Part shown: positions 36,225 to 44,429 of the stretch, one piece after another
How positions within the stretch are numbered: position 1 is the stretch's first letter
How the letters are laid out: each line of letters starts with the position of its first letter
Source of the DNA: a virus
Direction: 5' to 3' (one strand)
DNA: 64,000 nucleotides
IMG/VR virus record: IMGVR_UViG_3300008050_000030
Notes under the pieces: generated by a model
The model's input: the letters and a program-made list of their open reading frames with translations, nothing else
Told to the model about the DNA's origin: nothing
Database searches by the model: none
Program-made: the position numbers and the translations under genes

Positions 36225-36875
36225 TCAGCCGAGGGTGAGCCACTTCTCCTCGTACGCGGCGATGGCCTTGCACTCCTCCTCGATCTTGCCGAGGAGTTCG
36301 TCCGCCCCCACCGAGAGCCCCTCGAGCCCCTCGAGCATGTCCCGGTACCGCCGGTTGCCGCCGGCGAGGTTCCGCACGAAGCGGTGCGAGGACACCGGCG
36401 GCTTCGGCGCGTGCGACCCGATGATGTTGATGAGGGCGTGCGTCGCCCCCATCTCGGTGAAGGCGTCCCGCGCCGCCTGGGTGACTTGGCGGTCGGCGAG
36501 GAACGCGTCCGCCGTGTACACCACCGCCCCCACGAAGGCGGGGGTCAGGTCGGCGCCCTTCTTCTGGAACCAGGCGCGGTCTCCGACGAGGACCACCTCG
36601 CCCCGGTGGATCCGCGGCTTGAACATCTCCGGCTGCGGCACGGCGGGCCGCTCGATGGCGCCCGACACGACCATGTCGTACGCCCAGGCGGGCAGGGGCA
36701 CCATCTCCTGGCCGTTCTCCGGGAACTTGAACTCTGCGGCGGCCTCCGCCACGACATCCTGGATTTCGTGGTGGCGCCCGTCCGCGCAGAGGAACGAGGG
36801 GTCCATGACGGTGCCGACGGCGCCGCCGCCGATCTGGTCGAGGGCGAGGGGGTGGGTGAAGAGATTCATGGTCAC
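36225..36875 (-). CDS. hypothetical protein (216 aa)
   Basis: CGGAGACGTGACCATG context; high GC3. Confidence 0.7.
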   Translation of the reverse strand: MTMNLFTHPLALDQIGGGAVGTVMDPSFLCADGRHHEIQDVVAEAAAEFKFPENGQEMVPLPAWAYDMVVSGAIERPAVPQPEMFKPRIHRGEVVLVGDRAWFQKKGADLTPAFVGAVVYTADAFLADRQVTQAARDAFTEMGATHALINIIGSHAPKPPVSSHRFVRNLAGGNRRYRDMLEGLEGLSVGADELLGKIEEECKAIAAYEEKWLTLG

Positions 36876-36937
36876 GTCTCCGTGCCGGGGGAAGTTAGGG
36901 TCCCAGCACTCCTCTTATCCCTCCGTTGATCCCTAAA

Positions 36938-36979
36938 CGACGAAGGGCGCCCCACCAGTCGGTGGGGCGCCCTTCGTCG
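36938..36979. terminator. long GC hairpin
   Basis: CGACGAAGGGCGCCCCACC-AGTC-GGTGGGGCGCCCTTCGTCG. Confidence 0.6.
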
Positions 36980-36997
36980 GTGTCGCTCGGCGGAGGG

Positions 36998-37477
36998 TCA
37001 GGCGGCCTTGGCTTCTCGCGCCTTCTTGGCCTTCTTGGCCCGGCAGGTGCGGCAGTGGGACTGCGCGGCGACGCGGACCTTCTCGCCCTCCTTCTTCGTC
37101 TTCGTCTTCATGTTGCGGTAGCCGAACATCTTCGCGATGTCGCCCGTCTCGTTGCAGCTGGGGCAGGTCTTCTCGCCCGTCGGCCCACCCGTCGGCGTCT
37201 TCCGCTTCGCCGGCGTCTTCTTCGCCTTGGCCTTCTTGGCCGGCGCCTTCTTGGGCTTGGCGGCCGGGGCCTCGTCCGCGGCCAGCAGCTTGGTCAGCCG
37301 CGTCTGCGCGGGCTTCACGACGAGGACGCGGGCCTCTCGGGGCTCCACGCCGGCGTCGGTGTCCCCGACGAGGGCACGCAGCACATCGACGTTGTCCTCC
37401 TTGCGGACGGCGTTGCGGGCGTCGACGCCCCGCATGCCCAGGATCTCGGTGATGCGGTCTTCGGTGGTCTGGCTCAT
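36998..37477 (-). CDS. lysine-rich nucleoid-associated-like protein with C-terminal zinc ribbon
   Basis: AKPKKAPAKKAKAKKTPAKRK tract; CPSC...CRTC; N-terminal SAP/Rho_N-like helix. Confidence 0.7.
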   Translation of the reverse strand: MSQTTEDRITEILGMRGVDARNAVRKEDNVDVLRALVGDTDAGVEPREARVLVVKPAQTRLTKLLAADEAPAAKPKKAPAKKAKAKKTPAKRKTPTGGPTGEKTCPSCNETGDIAKMFGYRNMKTKTKKEGEKVRVAAQSHCRTCRAKKAKKAREAKAA

Positions 37478-37501
37478 GGTCTGGCTCCGGTGTGGGTTGA
37501 T

Positions 37502-37530
37502 CTGCGGATCTTGACAGCCAAGATCTGCGA
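37502..37530. promoter_or_regulatory. imperfect palindrome GCAGATCTTGGC-T-GTCAAGATCCGC
   Basis: 12-bp arms with 2 mismatches, upstream of the nucleoid-protein gene; contains TTGACA on the + strand. Confidence 0.45.
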
Positions 37531-37554
37531 TTGCAACTAAGAGGATCGGGTTTC

Positions 37555-37582
37555 GGCGGCCCCCCGAAAGGAGGGCCGCCGG
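37555..37582. terminator. GC hairpin
   Basis: CGGCGGCCC-CCGAAAGGAG-GGCCGCCG after the stop of the 2H phosphoesterase gene. Confidence 0.55.
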
Positions 37583-37588
37583 CAGGGG

Positions 37589-38059
37589 TTAGAGGGAGAC
37601 GGTCTCGCCCAGCTCGGTGCCGGGCTCGAACGCTGGGCCCACCGAGCTGAACGGGCTGCCGTCCTTGTTGACGAGGCTCAGGTGGAAGACCCGCCCCTCG
37701 TCGATCACGGGGATGCCCATGGCCCCCAGCAGGCGCATGCGCCAGCTGTGCCAGAGGGGCTGGTCCTGGAGCCTGCAGGCCCAGGACCATCGACCCGACT
37801 CCAGTTGCTGGAGCTGGGCCGAGAGCTCGATGCTCGCCCTCGGCGGGGCGGGCAACTCGTCCTCTCGTCCCACCCACGACTTGAGGATGTCGCGGTGGGG
37901 CTTGAGGCTCCCGAAGCTGCACACCGTGACGTGCAGCTTCCCGGCCGGGAGGGGAACACCTTCCTGGTCGGTGATGATCGCCTGCTGGAGGCGCGAGGCC
38001 TCCGCCAAGGCACCGACCCCTACGCCGACACCGATGAAGGTCTTGGAGATGCGCAGCAT
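37589..38059 (-). CDS. 2H phosphoesterase (LigT/CPDase-like)
   Basis: Two H-x-T/S-x motifs (LHVTVCSF and VFHLSLVN); AAGGAGG SD; TGATG-coupled. Confidence 0.7.
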   Translation of the reverse strand: MLRISKTFIGVGVGVGALAEASRLQQAIITDQEGVPLPAGKLHVTVCSFGSLKPHRDILKSWVGREDELPAPPRASIELSAQLQQLESGRWSWACRLQDQPLWHSWRMRLLGAMGIPVIDEGRVFHLSLVNKDGSPFSSVGPAFEPGTELGETVSL

Positions 38060-38358
38060 CACGCCTCCTTCTTCGGTGCGGGCTTGGGGTTGGCGGCCAG
38101 GTGCGCCTGGTGGCGCAGGTGCGCGTCCACGCCCTGGGCGTGCTCCTCCGCCTCCGTCTTGTTGTAGAAGATCTCCCCCGTCAGGGGGTCCTCGTAGGAG
38201 GCCGCCATCTGGGTCTGGCGGCGGAGGGAGGCACCCAGGCTGTCGGTCCAGGAGGCCCGCTTCTCGCGGGCCTCCCGGCTGAAGAAGACCTTGTAGATGA
38301 TGCCGGCGCAGGCGGAGTAGACGGCCACGATGAGCAGCCGGAGAGCGAGTTTCTTCAT
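38059..38358 (-). CDS. small membrane protein (MKK-family paralog)
   Basis: MKKLALRLLIVAVYSACAG; cassette GGGATAAGAGGAGTACACCCCCTACCTGGAGATCTCATG. Confidence 0.6.
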   Translation of the reverse strand: MKKLALRLLIVAVYSACAGIIYKVFFSREAREKRASWTDSLGASLRRQTQMAASYEDPLTGEIFYNKTEAEEHAQGVDAHLRHQAHLAANPKPAPKKEA

Positions 38359-38396
38359 GAGATCTCCAGGTAGGGGGTGTACTCCTCTTATCCCTG
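38359..38396 (-). promoter_or_regulatory. start-associated cassette
   Basis: GGGATAAGAGGAGTACACCCCCTACCTGGAGATCTCATG. Confidence 0.6.
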
Positions 38397-38399
38397 ATC

Positions 38400-38879
38400 T
38401 CAGGGGCAGTTCTCGTTCACGAACTCACGAGCTTCATCGGGCCGCAACTCGGCCCCGAAGTAGTCCTCCCGGGCGAAGGTCGTCTCCACGAGATCGTGTC
38501 CGTGGCGCCCCCAGCTGTGGGATCGCCAGACCCCGTCGTCGAGGCAGTATCCGGTGATGAGGACGAGCCTCTCGTCGAGAAGCCACTCGTGGGAGATGTT
38601 GGAGTGGCAGCGTCCGGCCTCCCCCTCCCGGAGCTGGATCTTCTCCGGGCGGTAGGGCTGGCCGCGCTCGAGGAGGATCTTCAGATGCTCCTCGATGCCG
38701 TTGACGCAGATCTCTTCCCCTCCCTCAGCGAGGAGCACCTCCCGCAGTCTTGCCAGCGCCGGCTGCACGCGTAGGGCGCTCTCGTACCTCGATCTCAGGA
38801 AGGTCAGTTGTCGTGGGGTCATCAGGCAGTCGTTGCTGAAGGAGTCGTTGAGCGCGCTTCGGCTCGGTTCCGAAGGCAC
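38400..38879 (-). CDS. hypothetical protein (GTG 38879 or ATG about 38822)
   Basis: Strong GC3; +1 frame relative to the 3' tail of the sigma factor ORF. Confidence 0.55.
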   Translation of the reverse strand: MPSEPSRSALNDSFSNDCLMTPRQLTFLRSRYESALRVQPALARLREVLLAEGGEEICVNGIEEHLKILLERGQPYRPEKIQLREGEAGRCHSNISHEWLLDERLVLITGYCLDDGVWRSHSWGRHGHDLVETTFAREDYFGAELRPDEAREFVNENCP

Positions 38880-39816
38880 CGCGCACTGCGCCGGCGGAGA
38901 CGCCGGGAGGGAGCACGGTCTCGGTCAAGATCTCGTAGGACTCCGCCATCCCGGCCAGAGAGCCTTCCAGCTCTCGGACACGGGCGCGCAGAGCCGCCAC
39001 GGTGTACAGGTCGTCCTCGGTCATTCCCTCCGCCATCTCGGCCATCTTCTTCATGGCCCGCAGCTCAAGTTGTCGTACACGTTCGCGAGTCAGGCCCATG
39101 TCGGTCCCGACCATCTCCAGGGAGTCGCCTTCCTTCACGAGCGAGGGGTGGCCGCCAGGAAGCATCCTTCGCCGAAGGATGATGTACCGCTCTCTCGCCG
39201 GAAGAGCCCCCAGGAGCATGCGGACGACCAGTTCTCGTCGAGAGGCTCGCCACTGGATGTCGTAGGCGTCCTCGGGGGTGTGTCGGTCGATGAACAGCTG
39301 GTGAGGAGGGCGGTCCTCGTCCCCCAGATCTTCTCGCTGCTCCCACCGCAGAACGGCCTGGAGCCGGATGAGGTCCTCCACGGGGCGGCCCACATCCTTG
39401 GACAGGCTCTCCATGAACTTGTCGTCTCCCAGGGTCTCCGAGACGGAGTTCCCGGTCTTCATCATGTGCCGGGTGATGCGAACCAAGGCCGCTTGTGCCC
39501 AGGAGGAGCGAGTGGCCTTGAACTGGTCCTTTTCGAGGCGGCGGTAGCGCTGGAGAAACGCCTTGATCCAGTGGTAGCAGTAGGTGGACAGGCGGGCCTT
39601 CTCGGGGTCGTACTTCAGCACGGCTCGGTGGAACCCCATGGCGACCTCCTGGAAGGCGTCATCCGGGTCCAGACCCTTGCCGTGCGTGTGCACCATCTTC
39701 CAGAACAACTGCACGTACGAGCGCGTGAGCGTGTTCATGGCGTTCGAGTCCCCCGCCTGTGCAGCGCGAGCAAGCCGGTCCTGCTCCTCTGCCGGGAAGG
39801 GAGGTAAGGGGGTCAT
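38725..39816 (-). CDS. RNA polymerase sigma factor, sigma-70 family
   Basis: Region 2 (STYCYHWIKAFLQRY) and region 4 (GLTRERVRQLELRAMKKMAE); GCTGGAGGTGCCGATG context; coding GC3 fades after about 38880. Confidence 0.8.
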   Translation of the reverse strand: MTPLPPFPAEEQDRLARAAQAGDSNAMNTLTRSYVQLFWKMVHTHGKGLDPDDAFQEVAMGFHRAVLKYDPEKARLSTYCYHWIKAFLQRYRRLEKDQFKATRSSWAQAALVRITRHMMKTGNSVSETLGDDKFMESLSKDVGRPVEDLIRLQAVLRWEQREDLGDEDRPPHQLFIDRHTPEDAYDIQWRASRRELVVRMLLGALPARERYIILRRRMLPGGHPSLVKEGDSLEMVGTDMGLTRERVRQLELRAMKKMAEMAEGMTEDDLYTVAALRARVRELEGSLAGMAESYEILTETVLPPGVSAGAVRGAFGTEPKRAQRLLQQRLPDDPTTTDLPEIEVRERPTRAAGAGKTAGGAPR

Positions 39817-39830
39817 CGGCACCTCCAGCG

Positions 39831-39856
39831 GTGCCCGGCACGAAGGCCGGGCACCG
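39831..39856. terminator. perfect 10-bp-stem hairpin
   Basis: GGTGCCCGGC-ACGAAG-GCCGGGCACC between the HicA/STAS-like and sigma genes. Confidence 0.6.
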
Positions 39857-39867
39857 CGGTATCTGGC

Positions 39868-40756
39868 TCAGGACCGCTCGACCACGATGGTCGGCAGGCC
39901 CTCGGTGGTCCGCTCCTCCAGCAGCAGCTGGCCGCCGCGGGCGAAGGTGAGGCCGGACAGGTTCTGGAGGCGGCACAACCGCTCCAGCGCCCAGCCGATG
40001 GTCTCCAGGTTGGACAAGTCGACGACGATGTCGCCACGGTAGTCGAAGCCGATCCCCTCGGAGTCCGCCCGCATCTCTTCGCGCCAGGGCTTCGCCGTCT
40101 CCTCGACCTTGTCGGCCGGGCGGAGCTTGACCGGCGCCTTCTTCGGGGCCTTCTTGGCCGGCTCCTTGGTCGGCTCCGCGCTCACCCGCTCCACGACGCG
40201 CCCGAGGCGGTCGAAGCGGAACGGGGCCGTCTCCGGCGTCGTGAGCAGCGTGCCCAGTCCGCCGTTCTGGACCATCTTCGTCTCCATCGCGGTGAGGGTG
40301 AGGTGCTGCGCCGTCTTGCCGACGCTGGGGTCGAGCGCGGTCTTCCCCTTCGCCGCCGCGACGGCGTTGCGCAGCACGGAGCAGGTCGGGGAGCTGATGC
40401 CCTTCCCGTGCTCCTTCTTGACGGCCGACTGCAAGGCCGACTGCCCCGTCGCGGGGTTCTCGGCGACGACGTTGATGGCGGTGAAGCGCCGGCGAGCGGA
40501 CTCGCGCTGCTTGTCGGGCAGCTCGGCCCAGAGGTGGGTGGTCGTGGTCATGGTCTCTTCTTCCAGTTGTTTTCGCAGGGCGTTGTAGGCGCGCATGAGG
40601 CGGTTGGAGCTGTGCTTCCGCAGATAGCGCTTCTCCACCTTCAGGGACCGTCCGTCTGGCGATTTCCAGAGTTCGGACTGTCCTCGATTGCCCACACGCG
40701 ACCAGCCGTTGCGGGTCAGGAACTGGAGAATCTCGGTGGTCATGGGTGTCTTCATG
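39868..40756 (-). CDS. protein with HicA/YcfA-like N-terminal domain and STAS-like C-terminus
   Basis: GWSRVGNRGQSELWKSPDGRSLKV resembles the HicA core; C-terminal VVDLSNLETIG...LTFARGG; lysine-rich linker. Confidence 0.6.
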
Positions 40757-40869
40757 CTCGAGCCTCCAGGGGTAACAATGCCCTTATCCCGCGCAGATCC
40801 GCGCATTGCTAAGCGAGGGCCCACCCCACGGTGGGGTAGTCGCCGTGCGGCGGGCCCTGCTTCGGATCC

Positions 40870-41160
40870 TCAGCCGCCGGCGATGCGCCGGCGGACTCGG
40901 ATCCTCGTCCCCACCTGGAGAGGGGACGTTTCCTGGGGCGCCTCGGGAGGCGCCTGCACCTTCTTGGGCTTCGGCGGAGGTGCCGCCATCGCCCGCTGCC
41001 GGTGCATCTCGCGGGCGAGGGCCCGCTTCATCTTGATCTTCGCTCGTGCTCGGCGGCGCTTCATCTTGCGGGAGGGCTTGCGTCCTCCGCTACCGCTGCG
41101 CGTGAGCTTCTTCTGCGTTCCAGGTCGGGGGTGACCCCCGGTGTGGCGGTGGTGATCCAC
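40870..41160 (-). CDS. highly basic small protein
   Basis: KMKRRRARAKIKMKRALAREMHRQR; high GC3; weak RBS. Confidence 0.5.
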   Translation of the reverse strand: MDHHRHTGGHPRPGTQKKLTRSGSGGRKPSRKMKRRRARAKIKMKRALAREMHRQRAMAAPPPKPKKVQAPPEAPQETSPLQVGTRIRVRRRIAGG

Positions 41161-41181
41161 GTTCGTCTTTCGTGTGTGGGG

Positions 41182-41469
41182 CTACAGCAATCGCTGCCAC
41201 AGGGGCTTCTTGCGCTCTTCGATGCGGGCGAGGATCTCCTCTTCCGTCACCCCGGTCTCCTCGCGGAGCTGCGGGTGGTGGAGGAGGACGAGTTCCTCGG
41301 GCAGAAACCGCCCCATCGTCCCGTCGTCGAGCTGGTAGTCCACTCCCTCCTTCTCGAGCCGTGCCAGGTGGCTTGCGAAGGCGCCCGTGTGAGCGGCGAG
41401 GAAGGGGACCGTGAAGGGGAACATGGAGGCCGCGCCGGCCAACAGTCCCCAGATCAGTGCGTACAACAT
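41182..41469 (-). CDS. small membrane protein (95 aa)
   Basis: MLYALIWGLLAGAASMFPFTVPFLAA; AAGGGA SD. Confidence 0.55.
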   Translation of the reverse strand: MLYALIWGLLAGAASMFPFTVPFLAAHTGAFASHLARLEKEGVDYQLDDGTMGRFLPEELVLLHHPQLREETGVTEEEILARIEERKKPLWQRLL

Positions 41470-41536
41470 CGAACCGTCCCTTCAGGCGTGCGACGCCCCC
41501 CAGAATCGGGGGACGCCGCATTCCCTGGAGAAAGGA

Positions 41537-42370
41537 CTACTCCGCCTCGTCGGCGGGCTTGTCCTTGCGCCCCCGGTACCAGCGGGAGCCGGCCTTGACC
41601 GTTTCCGTGGTGACCGAGAGCCCCGCGCCGACCGTGACCACCACGGCGCGAGAGTTGGGCAGCCGGGAGATCTTCCCGGCCACGAGCTTGTAGAGGAGTC
41701 CGAAGGCCACGGCCTTCGCGACGGTGTTGACGGGGTCGAAGGCCGCTCGGCCGCTGATGCGGCTGTAGTCCAGGGCCACCTGGCCCCACGGCGTCGTGGC
41801 GCGCTTCGGGGCGGCCTCCTCGCGGGCCACCTTCGCGGCCCGCTCGATGGCCGAGGCCATGTCCGCCGTCATGGCCTCGCGGATGACGGCCTCGAGGCCC
41901 TTGGCCATGGCCTCCACCTCGTGGTCCTCGCTCACCTCCATCGAGAGGAGGTACTCGCGGACCACGCCCCCGAGCGCCTCGGGGCTGATGGCCGAGGAGA
42001 GGTCGTCCTTGGTGGGGACCTTGCCGTCGGCGACCATCTGGTTGAACTTGGAGACCTCGGCCTCCAGCTTCTTCCAGGTCTTCTGGCCGAGGATCGACTC
42101 GATGCGGGCGTCGACGGCGGGGCCGGCGGCCTCGAGGGCGGGGCCGGCGAGCGCCTTGGCCTCGTGCTTGAGCACGATGGCGCCGAGCTCGACGGCGAGG
42201 GCCTCGGAGACCTCCGGGCTGACCGCGTCGCAGTTGCCGACGGCGGCATCGAGCAGGAGCGCCATGACGACCTTCTGGTCGTCGGGGTTGAGCTCGTTGA
42301 GGGGGACGCTGACCACGTCCCCTCCTTCGGGGAGGATCACCTCGGTGGGGGCGGAACTGGAATCGGTCAC
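41537..42370 (-). CDS. Ala/Glu-rich hypothetical protein (277 aa)
   Basis: GTG start; cassette GGGGATAAGGCGACTACAACCCCAGGCACACGTGCCCCAACGGAGATACATCTAGTG. Confidence 0.7.
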   Translation of the reverse strand: MTDSSSAPTEVILPEGGDVVSVPLNELNPDDQKVVMALLLDAAVGNCDAVSPEVSEALAVELGAIVLKHEAKALAGPALEAAGPAVDARIESILGQKTWKKLEAEVSKFNQMVADGKVPTKDDLSSAISPEALGGVVREYLLSMEVSEDHEVEAMAKGLEAVIREAMTADMASAIERAAKVAREEAAPKRATTPWGQVALDYSRISGRAAFDPVNTVAKAVAFGLLYKLVAGKISRLPNSRAVVVTVGAGLSVTTETVKAGSRWYRGRKDKPADEAE

Positions 42371-42443
42371 TAGATGTATCTCCGTTGGGGCACGTGTGCC
42401 TGGGGTTGTAGTCGCCTTATCCCCTTCTTCTGGGCAGTTTTCA

Positions 42444-42461
42444 GGCAACTCAAAAGTTGCC
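42444..42461. promoter_or_regulatory. palindrome GGCAACT-CAAA-AGTTGCC in divergent intergenic region
   Basis: Perfect 7-bp arms; variant of the CAACT/AGTTG site. Confidence 0.5.
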
Positions 42462-42526
42462 AGTCGAGATCTGAAGGGCCATACTCCTGGTGCGGGTGTA
42501 TTCCCGCAGGAAGGAAGGGCTGTACG

Positions 42527-42709
42527 GTGTTGGCCGCGCTCGAGATCCCGCTGCAGAGAGTCGACCAGGAGATCTGGAAGGTCACCGAGACCTTGCGGAC
42601 AGCTCATGGGCGCGAGGCATCCGAGCTGCAGGCGCGGCTTCGGAAGCTCCGGCGCATCCGTGATCTGGCGCAGGATGTCGTGAACCTGCGCTCTCGCTCG
42701 GCGGCGTAG
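42527..42709 (+). CDS. small coiled-coil protein (60 aa)
   Basis: GTG after AAGGAAGGG; first gene of the + block. Confidence 0.5.
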   Translation: MLAALEIPLQRVDQEIWKVTETLRTAHGREASELQARLRKLRRIRDLAQDVVNLRSRSAA

Positions 42710-43494
42710 TGCGCCTGCGTGTGATGCACGTGGGCCCCGAGCGAGGCGCCCACGAAGGGTCCCGCCTGCTCTGGGAACGAGCATCGGCGGGTGTCGGCCC
42801 CTCGGCGTACCTGCCGATCCCGGAAGGCATGAAGGACCGCGCACTCCGGGACTGGCTCGTCTTCCAGAGGAAGAAGCACCGTCCCTCCCTCCTGGTCACG
42901 CACTGCGACGATGCGGTCGGCCCCGCAGCCTGGGCTGCGGGGTCGGCCCGTGTCCTATGCCACCGCTACACCTCGAAGGCCCTTCAGAGGAAGACGGTCA
43001 AGGGAGCGTCTCGCCGCGTCACCTTCATCGTGCATTCCCTGGAGGCCGAGGAAGCCGTCACGGCAGTCAGCGCCGTTGCGAAGGTGGTGGACCCGCTCCC
43101 TCTGGAGCTGGAGCCCAGCGCCGCTCCCGAGACCTACGCGGTGGGGACCGTACGAGCGGCTGACGCAGAGAAGATCAGGGGCCACTTCTTGATCCATGGG
43201 GTCGAGATCCCGGTGATCTCAGGAGACGAGCTTTCGGTTTTGCGAGGGGCGTCCGTCGTGGTAGATCTGGCGCCCTCGCCGGAGCCCAACCAGGTCTTGT
43301 TGGAAGCGCAGAGGTGGGGGAGACTGGTGGCCGTTCCCGAGGGGACGCCGCATCTCTCGGCGTACGGGGAGGAGGCGCTCGTGTTCAGTCCCAGAACCCT
43401 GTACAGCATCTTGCTGTCTCCGCCCGAGTTCCCGGAGCCGCGTCGCTTCCGCGGCCTGCAGCAGCTCCGGCAGATCTACCTGGGGGCCTCGTGA
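42709..43494 (+). CDS. hypothetical protein with glycosyltransferase-like C-terminus
   Basis: 261 aa; C-terminal EPNQVLLEAQRWGRLVAVPEG resembles the GT1 C-terminal motif (weak). Confidence 0.6.
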   Translation: MRLRVMHVGPERGAHEGSRLLWERASAGVGPSAYLPIPEGMKDRALRDWLVFQRKKHRPSLLVTHCDDAVGPAAWAAGSARVLCHRYTSKALQRKTVKGASRRVTFIVHSLEAEEAVTAVSAVAKVVDPLPLELEPSAAPETYAVGTVRAADAEKIRGHFLIHGVEIPVISGDELSVLRGASVVVDLAPSPEPNQVLLEAQRWGRLVAVPEGTPHLSAYGEEALVFSPRTLYSILLSPPEFPEPRRFRGLQQLRQIYLGAS

Positions 43495-43757
43495 GCTACA
43501 CCGTCCCACGCCTGAACCCCCGCGCGGCGAAGAAGACCGCTCGAACGGCCCGGATGGGGCGGCCCCGCCGCTCGGCGAGCTCCAAGGACACCGTCGACCT
43601 CCTCTCCCACGCCGGCGCGCTGGCCACGTGGTACCGCGAGGAGTTCCTTCCCTCCCCGCTGGGCGGCCTCCTTCGGGACGGGCTCGCCGGCGAGACCAAC
43701 GCCCTGGCCGACGCCGTCCGCACGGGCGACCTCGAGGAGATCGTCGAATGGCGATGA
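43491..43757 (+). CDS. hypothetical protein (88 aa)
   Basis: GTGA overlap; high GC3. Confidence 0.55.
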   Translation: MSYTVPRLNPRAAKKTARTARMGRPRRSASSKDTVDLLSHAGALATWYREEFLPSPLGGLLRDGLAGETNALADAVRTGDLEEIVEWR

Positions 43758-44041
43758 CGGGCGCGACGACGAAGGTGCTGACCCAGGAGGACGTAGCTCT
43801 CCTGGTGCGGGTGGAGAAGTTCGCGCTCACCATCGATGAGGTGCTCTTCTGCTCCGCGGACAGGTCGGCAGGGGAGAAGGTCATCTTCCTGTCGGTCGGC
43901 GTGGCGCGTGACGTCGGCCCGGCCCGTAGAACGTGGATCCACGGACTGCTCAGCAGCCGTGCCCAGCAACAAGGCTGGACCCCCAACATCCGGATCCTTC
44001 GGGGGTCTGGCAGAGGACCCAATGCTGAAAGTGATCACTAG
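43748..44041 (+). CDS. hypothetical protein (97 aa)
   Basis: ATG overlaps upstream stop by 10 nt. Confidence 0.5.
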   Translation: MAMTGATTKVLTQEDVALLVRVEKFALTIDEVLFCSADRSAGEKVIFLSVGVARDVGPARRTWIHGLLSSRAQQQGWTPNIRILRGSGRGPNAESDH

Positions 44042-44201
44042 CCCCAGGTGTCCGAAGTGCCAGCGAGAGAACATGCAGCGGTTCGGGTACCGGAAGGAGA
44101 AGGGCGGGTCGGAGTACGGCTGCCGGAACCCCGAGTGTCGACACACCCTCCTCGTCCCCACCCTCCGCTTTCGCCTGTCCCCGGTCCGCCCGACCCAGTG
44201 A
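44019..44201 (+). CDS. zinc-ribbon small protein
   Basis: CPKC...CRNPEC; GAGGA SD. Confidence 0.5.
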   Translation, partial: PMLKVITSPRCPKCQRENMQRFGYRKEKGGSEYGCRNPECRHTLLVPTLRFRLSPVRPTQ

Positions 44202-44383
44202 TTCAGGCGCTCGACGCTGAACGGCTCCGCAGGGGGCTGAGTCACAGGCAGCTGGGAGAGATGTGCGGGATGAAGCGGCAGCAGGTGAGCCGCCTGCTGG
44301 CCGGCAACGACCCGCGGCTGTCCACCGTACGACGCGTAGCCTCTGCGCTCGGAATGAAGCTCGGAATCCTCCTGGCTCCTTGA
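44198..44383 (+). CDS. XRE-family helix-turn-helix protein
   Basis: LSHRQLGEMCGMKRQQVSRLLAGNDPRLSTVRRVASALGMKL is the HTH_3 pattern; GTGA overlap. Confidence 0.65.
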   Translation: MIQALDAERLRRGLSHRQLGEMCGMKRQQVSRLLAGNDPRLSTVRRVASALGMKLGILLAP

Positions 44384-44414
44384 CAGTCCTCGCGGGACGA
44401 GTTCAGACTGTCAG
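44381..44414. promoter_or_regulatory. inverted repeat TGACAGTC-N18-GACTGTCA with promoter-like TTGACA / TACATA
   Basis: Lies between the HTH gene and the next gene; AT-rich TTTGTACATAC directly before the ATG. Confidence 0.5.
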
Positions 44415-44429
44415 CACGTTTGTACATAC

